From NCBI RefSeq assembly GCF_004010195.1, contig NC_057723.1, positions 39,033,425-39,097,424 of the forward strand: DNA of 64,000 nt, written 5' to 3'. The stretch is from Chiloscyllium plagiosum. Lineage: Eukaryota. The position numbers and the translations under genes were made by a program. Below the pieces are notes generated by a model. It saw only the letters and a list, made by a program, of their open reading frames with translations, had not been told where the DNA came from and did not search any database. Below, piece after piece: positions 38,191 through 52,474 of this stretch. Within the stretch, counting starts at the first letter, position 1. The number at the start of each line of letters is the position of its first letter.

Positions 38191-41100
38191 TTCGTTCCCA
38201 CTAATCTATCTCCCATATTCCAGTGATGGGCAAGGAATCAAGCAGCATGCTTTTCCTTACATCCATGAGGCCCTGAAATGGCCAAATGAAAACCATTTAA
38301 TGGATTATTCCACTTCTTCAGCTATTTTATCTGTGGTAAAGAAAAGGTGGAGCAAGGCAGGTAGCCTGTCAGATTTTACTGTGTGGGTTGCTTTTAGGAC
38401 GCAAGGAAGGGGAACCTTTTTGGGGAGGGTTCCCTGTGCTAATCACAGGAACACCCCATCTGAAAGTTGTACCACATTTTAACCCTCCTTGCCAGTTTGT
38501 CAAACTTGATACCACAACTCTCTTTTCTCCACCTCACTGCTGTCTGCCAGCTGTCTCTACCCAACATCACAAATTTACCTTTCTCCATGTTTGCACTCTT
38601 TCATTACATCTCCTTGGGAACTGCCTGTTTTCCCATCAGTGGCTGCCAAATCATTCTGGCACTGCTGGGACTACAGAAAAGCTGGCCAATCTGGCAGGCA
38701 CAACGATGGCACTTCCTCCAAAATGAAACTAGAAGACCACTTTGAAACAACTAAGGCTGCTTCCAATGTAATATTGCTTCAGATCAATGGGGTTTCAGGT
38801 GATAAGGCTGACAACTAACTTTGCATTTGGTTGGGGGATGAATTTGGAAATGTGGCACACCTAAATATCCAGTGTTAGAAAGGAGCCAAACATGTGAATG
38901 ATAATCCATCTTCCAACTAATTGTCACTACTGCATGATTATATATCTATTTGTAAGAATGATATATTCTTCTCTAGAAGTGGACACCGAATCCTGCAAAG
39001 TGAGTCTTGGACATCATAGGTTTGTCCCTGTTTATTCACTATGCCCAAGGCGGCAGACAGGCTGACATGTCATCTCAGCATGAACCACAACTGGAAAATT
39101 TAGAATTCAGTTAAACCCTTGGACAACACATTAGATCCTTCTAATGGTCTGTGAATTCAAAGCCTCTGGAAAAAACACACTGGAAGGACACAATAGGTAA
39201 TCCCAGCATAACTGACAGTGATTCAAAGTGAACATAGCAAATATTTTGTTTTATTTGTGATAAGAGCTTTGTGAGACATTACTTTCTCAAATCTCCAAGA
39301 ACAACTTGAAGAGATGTCATCAGAGACAGAATTTTCAATGGAGAGACAGAGAAAAACAATTCAGTTGAAAGACTGGTATACTTAACCATGTTACCAAGGA
39401 CCACAACCCACAGTGACACAAAAACAAAATGAAGGACCCTCAAACAGCATTCCTCCTAATTTTCTTACTGGCTGGATGGGCCTCCCATGTCAGCAACTTT
39501 CCGAATCAGAAGTCAATGCCACTTTCAGAACATTGGAGCAGCTACAGTGCATATAGCCGTACAGCTTAGAGGAAAGATTGCCTTCCACTTTCTCTCAATA
39601 CCTGTGCTGCTCAGTTCACCTGAGGGAGAAACATTCAACTATTCAATTGCAAAAGCTATAACAGCTGCTGAATGTAGTTTTTAACATCTTCACCTCAGAA
39701 AGCGACATCTTCAAGTAAGCAACAGACATGCAAAGACAGCCGAATGATCCTACTTTCATCCTCTTAAGTAGCTTTCTTTTCTCCTGACCTACTTTTAATC
39801 TTTGTATCCCTATATTTTAGCTAAAAATTGTCACTTTTTTTTATTTAACTTTCGGCAATAGTTGCATAATAAATAACTTTTAACTTGTTTAATACTGAAG
39901 TTTTCTCTAATTATTTTTAAATTAGAACACTCAAAACTAAAAGGGGGCTAAATGAGCTACACAAATTTGTAGTTCATGGACCAGTCTGCAAACATGGAGT
40001 TGTGATTTAAGGATTGAAATGTTTTCCTCTTTGGGACTATTACTGCGACCTGTATGCTAGGTTAGTGCTGTAGTTTGGAGAACTGAACTGATCAGTTAGG
40101 TTTTGCAAAGCTCATTTGAATACTTTTCCTGCACCATAGTACATAAAGCTTTGACTCAAACTGTGAATGGCCAAAGTCAGCTAAGGGCTGCTGGGTGATT
40201 CTCAAGCACCTGTAATACTTTCTGCTGTTGGGATAGAAACAGCACGGGACAGGAGGCACAGAGGTATGTTGACAGGGGGCCTTGGTCCTTCAACTTAAAA
40301 AAAATTGAGGTCTTCCTTCACTAGCTCTGTTGCAAATGACCAGTATGCAACTAGTGCAGGAATGCTTGAAATAAATACTTGAAGGCAAAATGTTTAAGGC
40401 TATGGGAGTTGGACTGATTAGATTGGTCTTAGATATGGTATAGGATCAATGGGCCAAGTAGCCTTCTGTACTGCATTTTCTGAAAATACATTCTTCCACT
40501 CCTGGAACTCTGACTGATGATACATGTACCTTACTTTCTCCTGCTATTGGAACACATTGTCATATCTTCATCATCTTAAAGATCAATTTTACTTTAGAAG
40601 GCAGCATGCTATATGAACTAATGGTTTGTTACATACAGTCAATCGGGAAGTAACATCAATAGTGCTAATAAATACTGCAGGGGACAAGATTTGAACTGTT
40701 GTCTCTGGGCCAGGAAAATTTTAGATGCAGAGTCTTTCACTAATGGGTTTATTACAGAAAATGATATTCACAAGCAACACATGACAATGCACAGGCTGCG
40801 GGAGACTTCCCATCGCTTTTGTTGAACTTAATCAAGGGTAATTAGCTTTTGGTTCATCCCAAAATTGTAATAATTTTGCTTTTAATTTTCAGTTGAAAAG
40901 CCATTAGATTATATTGTGGGTTTTGTGAACTTTACACTTAGGTTAGTTTAGCTATTATGAACTCATAATTTCCCTGATTTGTCATCAGTGGGTGAAAGTT
41001 CTATAATGGGACTCAGGACAAACTAAAAGCTGGCATTCCTCCCTTGCATGCATAGAAAAGATATAAACATTTTGGCCCTATTCTTTGGTCAGCCATGAAG

Positions 41101-43679
41101 GAATGGTGCTTGCCATTCACTTTGTTGACAGCTGCCCATAAGGTTTTCTCAGACTTTTGAACAGAGACTTGCATTACTCTAGCACCTGTTCCAGAATGAC
41201 ATCCTCTGCAGGGGATTTCTGGGTTGTGAAAGCAGGGCATGCAATGGTGAGGCTTTTCAACCAATGAGATTGAGTAATTGTTATGAAGGTACATAAACAG
41301 AATTCTCACTGACCTGACCTGCAGACAGTGGGTTAATCAGAAAATCAGAGAAGACCTAGTATAGGGATATGTCTCATGATATTGAGGTTAAATTCCACAG
41401 TGTGTTAGTCATGTCAGTGATCAGTTCCCTGCCCAGAGGCCAACTAGATTAACAAACATCTCCTAGGGGCAAGTATGTATGTTTTGCAGACAAAGAGAGA
41501 CATCAAAGAGAGACAATCAGGCTGAACATGATCCTCAGAGTAAAGGAACACACTGTGATTGCAATATCTGGTTGAGTCAGCCCTTCTGAAACAATGGAGT
41601 ATCGGCAACACCTCAAAAAATAGCATTCTTGTTATGATTAGAATACTCCATGTTAATGTTTGCCAGCTATATTTCTTACAGATTAGAAGTCCTTGTACAT
41701 ATTCATGTTAGATCATATTGTTTTTTTTTAAACCAAAAAGCATATGATAAAAATGCATGCTCATAGATTCTATACACTCATGTAAACACATGATTACATA
41801 AGTCATTGTCATCACGGCAAGTGATGCAGTATGTAACATGATGCAGCAGCCATCATAATCTGCACACAGTGTTAGATAAAGCAATGGTAAGAAAAGGCCT
41901 CCATTAAAGGTCGTGCTCTACCTCTACATCTGCCTTCAGTCTTATCAGTATCTAAAAGAGGTAACAAGCAAGGAGGTTTGATTACAGGTATGGCAATTAG
42001 GTAAAATACAATTGAGTGAGGATGTGGGCGATCAATAACTGCAATCAGTATGGGCCAACAAGTAGGGCAAGCTGTTGATCACAACAATATTTTCATGAGA
42101 GGGAAAAGGCTGTGGGTAGGGAAGTATCTGAAGGCCTTAATGGGTGCTTTAGAAGGGGCTTCCAGGTCTGATTTGATGCCAGGGTGGTTAAGTGGAGGAA
42201 ATAAGATCTTTGGAGGGGAAAAATTGTTGGGGCTAGGATTAATGAATCTTCATCACACTGCTGGATCTGGGGGTAAACATGAAAGCACTTAACTTCTTTA
42301 TCCTGCCTATCTTCCTCACTTTGAGGAAGCGTCTGTGGCTTCGGAAATCTGGCCACAGTAGTGAAAATCCAAAATCTGCATGGCAATACTGCCATTCTGT
42401 GAAAAAGTTACACAAGTGCACTTAAAATGAATTTTCACTGTTGTTCCAGCACTGTCATACTAAAAGGGGACTTATCACCCTACTTTAGGTGACAGGCCAT
42501 TTTAATTTGTGAGAAAGACCTGTGCAGACCTGGTTACAAATCTGACAGAAACCTGCATGGAACAAGTGCTGCATGGGCTGGGGTCAGTTTTACCAGTTTA
42601 CAAAATAACAGGTGCAAAAATGTTCACTAAAAACTTATTTCTGTGGAAGTCCAAGAGCAGGAATACTGTTTTGACCATCACAAGATAATGTGGGATGTTG
42701 ATGGCTTGCCCTTTTCTCCATTCACATACGAGCACTATATTAAGCTGTTCCCTTCACTTCCTCCCATTTGACAATGTTGGCCTATAAATTGCCTGATAAT
42801 GAGACAATCCAGAGTTGGTAAACTGAATGTGACTCGGAGAAAGTCAGGATTGCAGATGCTGGAAATCAGAGTCGAGAGTGTGGTGCTGGAAAAACACAGC
42901 TGGTCAGGCAGCATCCGAGAAGCAGGAGAATTGATGTCTCAGGCATAAGCCCTTCATCAGGAATGAGGCTTGTGAGCCTTGTGGGTGGAGAGATAAATGG
43001 GAGAGGGGGTGGGGCTGGGGTCAAGGTAGCTGAGAGTGCAATAGGTAGATGAAGGTGAGGGTTATAGTGATAGTTTGGAGACGATGGTGGAGCGGATAGG
43101 TGGGAAAGAAGATGGACAGGTCATGAGGGTCGTGCCAAATTGGAAGTTTGGAACTGGGATAAGGTGGGGTAAGGGGAAATGAGGAAACTAGTGAAATCCA
43201 CTTTGATGCCATGAGGTTGGAGGGTCCCAGGATGGAAGATGAGGTGTTCTTCCACCAGGTGTCAGGTCATTAGGGTGTAGCGATGGAGGAGGCACAGGAC
43301 CTGCGTGTCCTTGGCACAGTACGAGGGGAAATTGAAGTGTTTGGCCATGGGGTGGTGGGGCTGGTTGGTGCAGAGGACACTCCCCCTCCCATTCCACCAA
43401 GGACATGCAGGTCCTGGGCCTTCTCCATCACCACACCCTAACCACCTGACACCAGGAGGAAGAACGCCACAACATAACGGCCCGATGCCTGGAGGAAGAA
43501 CGCTTCATCTTCCTCCTTGGAACCCTCCAACCACATCAATGTGGATTTCACTAGTTTCCTCATTTCCCCTCCCCCATCTTATCCCAGATCCAATCTTCCA
43601 GCACCGCCCTCATGACCTGTAGTAACTGTCCATCTTCCTTCTCACCTATCCACTCCACCCTACCCCCCCCAACCTATCC

Positions 43680-44010
43680 NNNNNNNNNNNNNNNNNNNNN
43701 NNNNNNNNNNNNNNNNNNNNNNNNNNNNNNNNNNNNNNNNNNNNNNNNNNNNNNNNNNNNNNNNNNNNNNNNNNNNNNNNNNNNNNNNNNNNNNNNNNNN
43801 NNNNNNNNNNNNNNNNNNNNNNNNNNNNNNNNNNNNNNNNNNNNNNNNNNNNNNNNNNNNNNNNNNNNNNNNNNNNNNNNNNNNNNNNNNNNNNNNNNNN
43901 NNNNNNNNNNNNNNNNNNNNNNNNNNNNNNNNNNNNNNNNNNNNNNNNNNNNNNNNNNNNNNNNNNNNNNNNNNNNNNNNNNNNNNNNNNNNNNNNNNNN
44001 NNNNNNNNNN
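43680..44010. other. Assembly gap (331 N)
   Basis: Run of N in the sequence. Confidence 1.
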
Positions 44011-44090
44011 TATTACCCCCATCTTCATTTACCTATCCCACTCTCATCTACCTGCCCATTTACCTCACTACCCCTTGGCTCAGAAGCCTC

Positions 44091-44126
44091 ATTCCTGATG
44101 AAGGGCTTTTGCCTGAAATGTCAATT
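44091..44126 (+). ncRNA. Minimal hammerhead ribozyme motif (slightly decayed)
   Basis: CTGATGA 44095-44101, GGGC-TTTT-GCCT, GAAAT, then GTC at 44120-44122. Confidence 0.6.
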
Positions 44127-44307
44127 CTCCTGCTCTATGGATGCTGCCTGACCTGCTGTGCATTTCCAGCACCACACACTCGAAACAACGTGACACCTAT
44201 TTAGTGCTCCTTCAGGCGTTAAAATGACAAATGAGGAGTAAGTATGCATCTTTTGTTTTGTCCAGTGTCTACTACATTCAAAGTGCTAATTTCTGTAATT
44301 GTACTAA

Positions 44308-44905
44308 TCATAGAGACTTGGAGCTGTACAGCACAGAAGCAGACCCTTCAGTCCAACTTGTCTATGCTGACCAGATATCCTAAATTAATCTAATCCTATT
44401 TGCCAACTCTTGTCCCATATCTCTCTAAACCATTCCTATTCATATAACCATCCAGATGCCTTTTAAATGCTGTAATTGTACCAGCCTCCAGCACTTCCTC
44501 TGGCAGCTCATTCCATAAATGCACCACCCTTTGCGTAAAAATGTTGCACCTTAGGTCCCTTTTAAATTTTTCCTCTCTCACTCTAAATCTATGCCCTTTA
44601 GTTCTGGACGCCCCCACCCCAGGGAAAAGACCCAGACTATTTACACTATCCACACCCCAAAAACTCAATCAAGTTAGTGAGACATGATTTCCCATGTACA
44701 AAGCGATGTTGACTATTCCTAATCAGTCCTTGCTATCTAAATAAATCCTGTCCCTCAGATTTCCTTCCAACAGCTTGTCCACCAGTGATGTCAGGCTCAC
44801 CGGTCTATAGTTCCCTGGGTTTTCCTTACCACCTTTCATAAATAGTGGCACCACTTTAGCCAACCTCCAGTCTTCTGGCACTTCATCTGTGACTACCAAT
44901 GATCG
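44308..44905 (-). mobile_element. CR1 LINE fragment with a large internal deletion (3' end joined to the RT N-terminal part near 44660)
   Basis: Tail and FTQRVVHLWNELPEEV lie at 44308-44657. They directly abut GTGAGACATGATTTCCC / CTATAGTTCCCTGG (GKSCLTN and PGNYRP on the minus strand). Confidence 0.82.
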
Positions 44906-45409
44906 AAATCAGGTTCTTTAACTATGAGGAGATTTCCCTGTGTTCATTTCATGGACCAGAATAAGACTTTGTCTAAATTATACAATGGAAGTAGTACTCG
45001 ACATAAAACTTGCTGTGCAGCAGATTAACTTTACAAAAGTAATGCCAAATATTATCAGAATTATGACAGTATGTATCTGTAGAGATATTCCTCTTACACC
45101 CTCATTGCCCAGCTGCTGCTTTTCACATGAAATATTCACGATGTCAAACTGTTAAAGTCAGCTGAGCATTCCATAAAATCTCCTACATAGGTTCCCACAG
45201 AGATATAAGATTTTTAAAAAGTGGGCATATTTATGCATTCTTATATTTTTTCATAATATTTAATTTCCTTAGAGTCTGGTAATGATAGTAATAAACACTG
45301 AAATAAAATCAAAATTTATATTTTGACAAATGATGAGAAGGAAAGACAGTGTGCTGCCTGGGGAAAGTAGTGTCATTCTTTTGACAACATGTTTTTTTCC
45401 CGTCTTGTC

Positions 45410-46460
45410 AAACCCCGCATCCTGCAAAAACTCCATCAGTTTTCCCAATCTTCTTCTCCGTTGTATCTGTTCTGACGAGCTGTCCGCCTATTTTAAACAA
45501 TGCGCTTTTCCCCACTTCTGTCAAACCCACTTTACTGCTCTTAACCCCTTCCCCTCCAAACATAATAAAGATAGAGTCCCCCTTGGCTTCACTTTCCACC
45601 CCTTTAGTCTCAGCATCCAACGCATCATCCTCAAATACTCCTGCCAACTTCAGTTAGACCCCACCAACCAGAACATCATCTCCTCCCTGCCTTCCACAAG
45701 AACCGTTCCCTTTGTCACTCCTTAGTTCGCACCACTTCTCCCCACCAATCCCCCAGTACCTTCCCCTGCAACTGTAAAAGATGCAAATCCTGCCAGCACA
45801 CCACCTCCCTCACCTCCACCCAGAGCCCCAAACAGTCCTTCCAAGTGAGACAGAGGGTCATCTGCCTCTCTCCAACCTAGTTTACTGTATCCGGTGCTCC
45901 TGATGTAGTTTTCTCTACCTTGGTGAGACTAAACATAAAGTTACGAGAATGTTTTGGCAAATATCTCAGCCGGGGTTGTAAGGGCCAGCCTGACCACCCA
46001 GTCACTGCCCATTTCAATTTCCCTTCCCACTCCTTCTCCAACATGTCCATCCTCAGCTTCCTCCATTGCCACAGTGAATCAAATTGTAAATTGGAGGAAC
46101 AATACCTCATCTTCCTCCTGGGCACCTGTAGCTCAGGGGATTCAACATTGAGTTCTCCAATTTCAAATAACCTTTCCACCCATCCCCCAACTCCCTTTCC
46201 AGCCCCATTTCCTTCCTTTCCAGGCTACTTCCTCCCTTTTATTCCACCTACCGAGCTTTGCTTCCAGCTACCAACCAGATTCACCCCTCCCATTGACCTA
46301 TGAACATTGACACCTATGCCTCACCACTCTGCCCCTCTCTCCGCCCAAAACCCTTCCCTCTTCCCTCCAACCCCACCTCCATTCCTGAAGAAGGGTTATA
46401 CCCAACTCTTCTCCACTTCCTGATGCTGCCTGGCTTGCTGTGTTCTTCCAGCCTCCTGCT
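45410..46460 (+). mobile_element. Older PLE (Neptune-type) 3' portion
   Basis: HPASCKNSI..LLLRCICSD, TFPCNCKRCKSCQH, NLVYCIRCS*CSFLYLGET (GIY-YIG) and KLEEQYLIFLLGT. Degenerate core CTGAAGAAGGGTTATACCC at 46385. Confidence 0.82.
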
Positions 46461-46502
46461 ATCCACTTGTTCTTTCGACAGTCATAAGTGTTGTACAAAG
46501 GA

Positions 46503-46990
46503 CAGGACAAAAACAATGATATTTAGAAGGAATACATTACAAGAAACTAGAACAAAGATTGAAGTGGATGACAACACACTGGAACAAATAGATAAATTTG
46601 TTTATTTTGGATAAGTGATAACAGAAGAAGGCAGATGTGAGGTAGAAGTTAAGATAGAGATAGCCAGAAGTACTTTTGTGACATTAAAAGATGTGTTAAC
46701 AGCATGAAAATTCAAACTTGTAACAAGGAGAAAAACCATAAAATGCTTATTCTATGCAATTTCTTGGAGGCCTCAGGAGCCTAACTATTAAGTTAAGATT
46801 ATGAAGAAATTTGAGATTATGAAATGTGGATGCTAAGATATACATTTAAAATTGAATTATACACTGAGACAATGAAAAGGTGCTTGAAATTGCAAGAGCA
46901 AAAACATACTTTAAAAAAATGCCAAGAAAAGAATTTGTAAGTATTTTGGAAATTTTGGATATATATGAAAAACTACAGATCTCCTGATAA
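46503..46990 (+). mobile_element. RTE-clade LINE remnant
   Basis: KTMIFRR..IEVDDNTLEQIDKFVYFG*VITEEGRCEVEVK..IARSTF is typical of the RTE ORF region C-terminal to the RT. Confidence 0.7.
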
Positions 46991-48627
46991 GACTAGTTAC
47001 AAGCAGCAGGAGGGAAAGGGCAGAAATTTCCTGGTTTTAGGACCTCAATGTCAGGAGCAAAGAAGGGTTTGAGCCTGCATTTGCTAAGAACTAGACCAGG
47101 GAGTTCTATTTTCCCACAGTCTTCTAATTGGCCATGTCGGAGTTTGTAGTTCAATTCAGGATATGGAGCAGGTGCAGAACACTACTCACCCTCTCACAGA
47201 ACCAGTAAATCCAGAATCTTGGCAGGCTCACTAAGTGAGTTGGGTGTTGGTTTGAAGAACATGGAGGTGTCTAGATATAAAAGCAATTCAATATTTCATA
47301 GGGACCAAGCATGAATGCCCCTGTGATCAGGTACGCTATTCCTCCAGCAGGAGGGTTTCGGGGTGGTGAGGGCAGCACCATAATTGAGGGATGGAAATTC
47401 TGTTGAGGTTTCAGGAAGGGCACACTCCATTGCTGGGAAATTATCAGTGAGCACTTCAAATAGTTTGTAATTGCTGTTTTAAGTGTATAGATATGCTGGC
47501 TGGCTCTGTTTCTGCCTCCCAGTGGCAGGAATACATTGGGGAACCATCCCAACATGGCTGCTGGCAATTTTCTCAAACCAACCACCATGCATACACCCTC
47601 CCCCACTGCCTCCCCCCACTTTCCAGCTGCCATGTACCCTAGAACTGTGAAAAGACATTTATAAGTCTTGTGCCTTCAAAACTGAAATGATCATGAAAAG
47701 ATTTCAACATATTAGAGTTATGTAGCACTGTAAATAAAATATTACATCATTGACTTTGTGTTAATGGCTTCTTTCATTGTCATGGTTCTCCTGTTGCAAA
47801 TGCTACAATGTTAAAGTCATCCGTACTGTCGTCAGAATATATAATAGCGAACTGAAACATGAAGGTCTGTGAATGTTATTGACCTGCCTGTAGTTTGGAA
47901 AGGATTTCCTTATTAGGTAAACTATATCATGCTCAATTTTCAGAACAGGAAATACATTTGTGGCTTCATTAAGAGCTTTTCATTTTTTTGATGAAAATAT
48001 CTGACTCTTTGACCCACTCTCTTGTACTGTTTTTTATGTACTATGGGAATCCAAACTACACCACATACTGTACTCCAGAGAAGGATGAGCTAATCTGCAC
48101 AAGACCAGGCTGTGGGAAACCACATCCTTCCCACAACTTTCCCATAAGTTTTATTGCTGCACATTATATGGACAGCGTAAGGATGATTAGCGGCAACTAT
48201 CTGATATCTATTAGCACAGTATGCCTATAACAGACAGAAGAACAATATGCTAAATATTTAATTCTAAAAATACATGATTTAATAGTGGATTTGGAAACAA
48301 AGCACCTCCAAATGCTGCCCATTAGTGTAACTGCATTAATGCCAGGCTCAAATCATTAAACAATAAACATTTTAAATCATAATTTTATATTATCAAATGC
48401 ATAAACTACACCATCTAAGTAATCTACTACTAATAATATATAATAGCTTCATGTAGGTTAACTATATTTATGTCTTAATATTTTTATTGAAACTACATTC
48501 ATCGTAATGATAACAACCTTCCTATGGCATTGCTCAAAAGAATTTAGAGGATGTACATTTCTACAATGTAAGCAGCATCATGCCTCTCCCTGCAAAAGTA
48601 CCTAATTTTCAGTGTCACTTATTTAAG

Positions 48628-49090
48628 TTATAGAGTCATGAAGTCATACGGCATGGAAACAGACCCTTCAGTCCAACTAGTCCACACCAATCACATTCCC
48701 AAATTAAACTGATCCCACCTGCCTGCATTTGGTCTATAAACCTTTCCTATTCATGTACTTATCCAAATGTCTTTCAAACATAGTAACTGTACCTGTATCC
48801 ATCACTTCCTCTGGCAATTCATTCCACTCTCTGTCTTTTTAAAATTTTTGGCCTCTCACCCTAAAAATATGCCCCCTAGTTTTGAACTCCCCCAACCTAG
48901 GGAAACAACCTTTGCTATTCGCCTTTTCTCTGCCTCTCATGATTTTACAAACTTCTACAAAATCACCCCTCAACCTCCAATACTCCAGTGAAAAAGTCCC
49001 AGCCTATCTATTCTATTTTCACAACTCAAACCCACCATTACCAGCAATACTCTAGTAAATCTTTTCTGAACCCTCTCCAGTTTAGTAATA
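48628..49090 (-). mobile_element. CR1 LINE 3' fragment (diverged)
   Basis: ATAGAGTCATGAAGTCATA..GGAAACAGACCCTTC tail and TCACCCTCAACCTCC (LRGD on the minus strand). Confidence 0.8.
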
Positions 49091-49159
49091 AATTGACTGG
49101 GATTTTCTGTTTCTCAGATCTGTTCAGACCTCTGCATTCCGTAGAGATTCAGATTATAT

Positions 49160-49320
49160 GACCATAACAGGTAGGAACAAGAATAGGCCCTTTGACCCCT
49201 CGAGCCTGCTCCACCATTTAATAGAATCATGGCTGATCTAGCTTTCCTCATATCCACTTTCCTGCCTTTTCCCCACAACCATTGATTCCCCTACTGACCA
49301 ACAATCTGTCTGTCTCAACC
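49160..49320 (-). mobile_element. CR1 LINE tail fragment
   Basis: ACCATAACAGGTAGGAAC..TAGGCC..CGAGCCTGCTCCACCATT..ATCATGGCTGATC tail. Confidence 0.7.
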
Positions 49321-49954
49321 TTGCCAAAGAGAGCTGTGGGGGCAGAGTCCTTGTGTTGAACATTGAACTGCAAACAAATTCAAATCACAGCTTTTATATA
49401 TTCTAATGTTTGACAATGCCAATGAGACACGGACCCTACCCTCCAAAAAATAAGGATGAAAAATTTGGCAGTTACTTTGGAATCTGCTGCAGGGTGGGAC
49501 TTTAACCGATACCCAAATCATTAATCTTGGTTCCTGGGTTACTCGTCCTATCATTAACCAGCCATAAGCAATATCTTGAAGACTGCACTCAATGATAAAT
49601 GCATTAAAATCTGCACCTCTGTTGAATTAGAAGTGAACAATGAGGTATAATGATTATAAATTTGCTGATTGATGAGATTTCAACATCAGTTTATTGTGGT
49701 TTAAACACTAGTAGAACAGAAATCAATTGTGGTTTTTGGGAATGGTCTGATAAAGGTTTGTTATAAGGAGATCTATTGTAAATGCATCAAACAACACATA
49801 CTGACAAGACGTAAATTAGAAATGAGACCACTGGGATCAGAGTAGATTCATCATGCAAGAGAAACTGGCATATCTCTACCTCATAACTATTCACTGCAAA
49901 TCTAATGAAGCAATATGTGTTTTTCAAAAGTTATGAAGACCGATTGGTACTGGT

Positions 49955-50265
49955 CATATAGGAGAACTGTACAGCATGGAAACAGACCCTTAGGTTCAAT
50001 CCTTCCATGCCCACCAGCTATCTGAAATATCCCCTTTGCCAGCAGTTGGCCCATATCCCATATACCCTTCTTGTTCATATACCCATCCAGATGCCTTTTA
50101 AATGTTCTAATTGTATTAGCCTCCACCATGTCCTCTGGCAGCTCATTCCAGACACACATCATCCTCTGTGTGAAAAGGTTGCTCCTTAGGTCCCTTTTAA
50201 ATCCTTCCCCTCTCACCTTAAACCTATACCCTCTAATTCTGGAGTCCCGCATGCGGAAGAAAATA
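49955..50265 (-). mobile_element. CR1 LINE 3' fragment
   Basis: Minus ORF FKRDLRSNLFTQRMMCVWNELPEDMV..FKRHLDGYMN. Confidence 0.85.
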
Positions 50266-52474
50266 CCTAGCTTACTCACCCGTGTTACAGCACTGTTTTA
50301 CTCATCTCTTTATGGAACTGAAATCTATTGATTATTTCTAAAGTTTCCTGACATCTGCATTCTCCATCTTGAAAATAACCTTTTCTTACTTCTGATATGG
50401 TCTTTGCTTCTTTCAAATGATCATTGCTTATTGCTTCATTGGCTCAACTGTTTTTTCAAAGATCAATGCAACTATATTTTTCTGTAGGAACAATCCTCTG
50501 GCCTCTGTTCAGTATACACCGGGGAAGGCTTGCCCCTATTCAGTGAAGCTGCTCAGTTTTATGTTTACTTCGCTGAAGTGTATTTTTTGGTCAATTTTAT
50601 CTTGACACTTCAAGACTCGATAGAAGCTTTGTTCCAAACATAGATTAAGATGAGAATTTTAATTATATTTACAAGAACAATAAATAAATTTGGCATTCCA
50701 TGACTTGTTTCTAAAATTTCAGTCAAGTCACTGCTGGAGCAAAATGTAATGCATTTGTTGCTCTTCTGTAGGTCATCAAATCACTGATTACTTTTCTTTA
50801 AAAATGTAATCTCTTCATAAACTTGGAGCATTCTGAAATACTGTGCAAAATCATAATTGAAATAATTTTATTAGACTATGCACTTCAATCAGATTAATTA
50901 ATAATTAATACCATGGTACAAAGGCTGTTAATTATCCCATTATCTGGCACATGTTCATGTTTATTGCTTCAATACAGATATGAGTATTTCAAATTGTTTT
51001 AATCAGTATCTGCCCTGTGTCAATGTCGTTCTAAATTGGAGTTAAGCTGCACCTTATCAAAATTAACAAGGCCCATGCTATCTTTACACTGTTCTGGATT
51101 TTGATGTCACTGTCTTGTGTTGGAAAACTCTTCTTCTGCAGAATGTTTTTAAAAAAAATCAGACACCTCACACTCATAGCCCTGTATAACCCTAATGCAT
51201 CTTACTTAACTAATGGGCATGTGAGCATAATATAGTGATTTATAGTCTGTAGCTGAATATCACAATAACTGCAGTCCGACTGTTTTTTTCTAAGCTCTGC
51301 TGCTTATGATAGAAGCTCAAATATATACAATTAACTCAAGAGTTGTGGAAAAATGATTATTAGGTCATGTATTATGCCATGAAAACCTGCTGTTAGGATT
51401 CCCAGTACAAATCTTCAGAAGCTATACCCATTGTCACACACAAATGGCCCATCAGGTCTGTGCAACACTCAAATTGGCCAAAACGCTTCCTCTCTTCTTC
51501 TCTCCCCCATTCTCTACCCTCCCCATTTCTGTCCTCCCACAGCCATGTAATCTTTTGGGAAAGTTATGGGTAGTGGGAACAATGGAAGGGGTAATTGTGA
51601 AATGTCATTAGAAGCTGGTACAAGAAACTGCTATAATACATGCTGGATTAATCGTTATTACCCAATTTATTTACTAGCATCATTCAGAGAAGGAAATCTG
51701 CCACCCCAACAATGACTGGGCTACATGTGACTTCAGACCCATGCTGCATGTCTTGATATTTAAAACTTTGGTGGCGACTAGGGAAATGATCATAACCCAG
51801 GATAAACTAACCAATCTCACTCCCATAACTGTTTTGCCATACCTTGTAATGTTAATCCTCAGCTTTCACTTAGCACAAACAATGAACCATCAGAAAGAAA
51901 GATATGTTTAAGGGTGTTGAAGTATAGAGCAAGGAAGTCAGAAAGGGTTGACATGAAACTACACCTAGGGCTGGTCTGCCTTACCGTACTTGAGAAGTTA
52001 CTCTGCAGCTGTCATCTGGTCATTGAGCTGTTAATTAGTCCAAAGCTGTTGATTATTTCTGGAAAATAAGTCTCACCTCCAAGAGCTGTTGACCAATCAA
52101 ATAGCAATCCCTTAGAAAGAGATTCCATACACCTCAGAATTGAATCCCTTCCTGCTTCAGAATTAGACAAAACAATGAAAGTTCAATATTGAGCAACTTT
52201 ATCATGAGAAAAGCAGGACAAACATATACCTAGGATTCTGGAAGTGATTGTCAGAGCAACACAAGCTATATTCTACCTGTATTAAAATTGGATGGAGATG
52301 CACCCTTTTATCCTCACTATAGTCTTCAGTTCTTCTTGGTTCTCTCTTGTTCATTTTTATTTTTGCTTTCTTCTATGTCTTCTCCATTGTATCAGGTAGT
52401 GGAAAGAGAGCTTCTTATGCAGCAATGTCTCCAGTGGACTCCGCCAGAAGAACCAATTTGGATCGTCCCTGTGT

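Larger units (their letters stand above)
42836..44183. mobile_element. PLE (Neptune-type) inverted pair: left arm minus 42836-~43378, right arm plus ~43379-44183 (N gap 43680-44010)
   Basis: Arms are mutually complementary (e.g. GGACCTGCGTGTCCTTGG / CCAAGGACATGCAGGTCC). Both end in the hammerhead-containing terminus (42930-42960 minus, degenerate; 44095-44122 plus). Possible TSD AA(T/C)GTGAC at 42826-42833 and 44187-44194. Confidence 0.82.

Noticed and set aside
50489-50605. Candidate phase-2 last exon (RNNPLASVQYTPGK..)
   Set aside because: The acceptor is plausible and it contains NNPL, but the order and context do not match a PARM1 tail and the remainder looks like random intronic translation.
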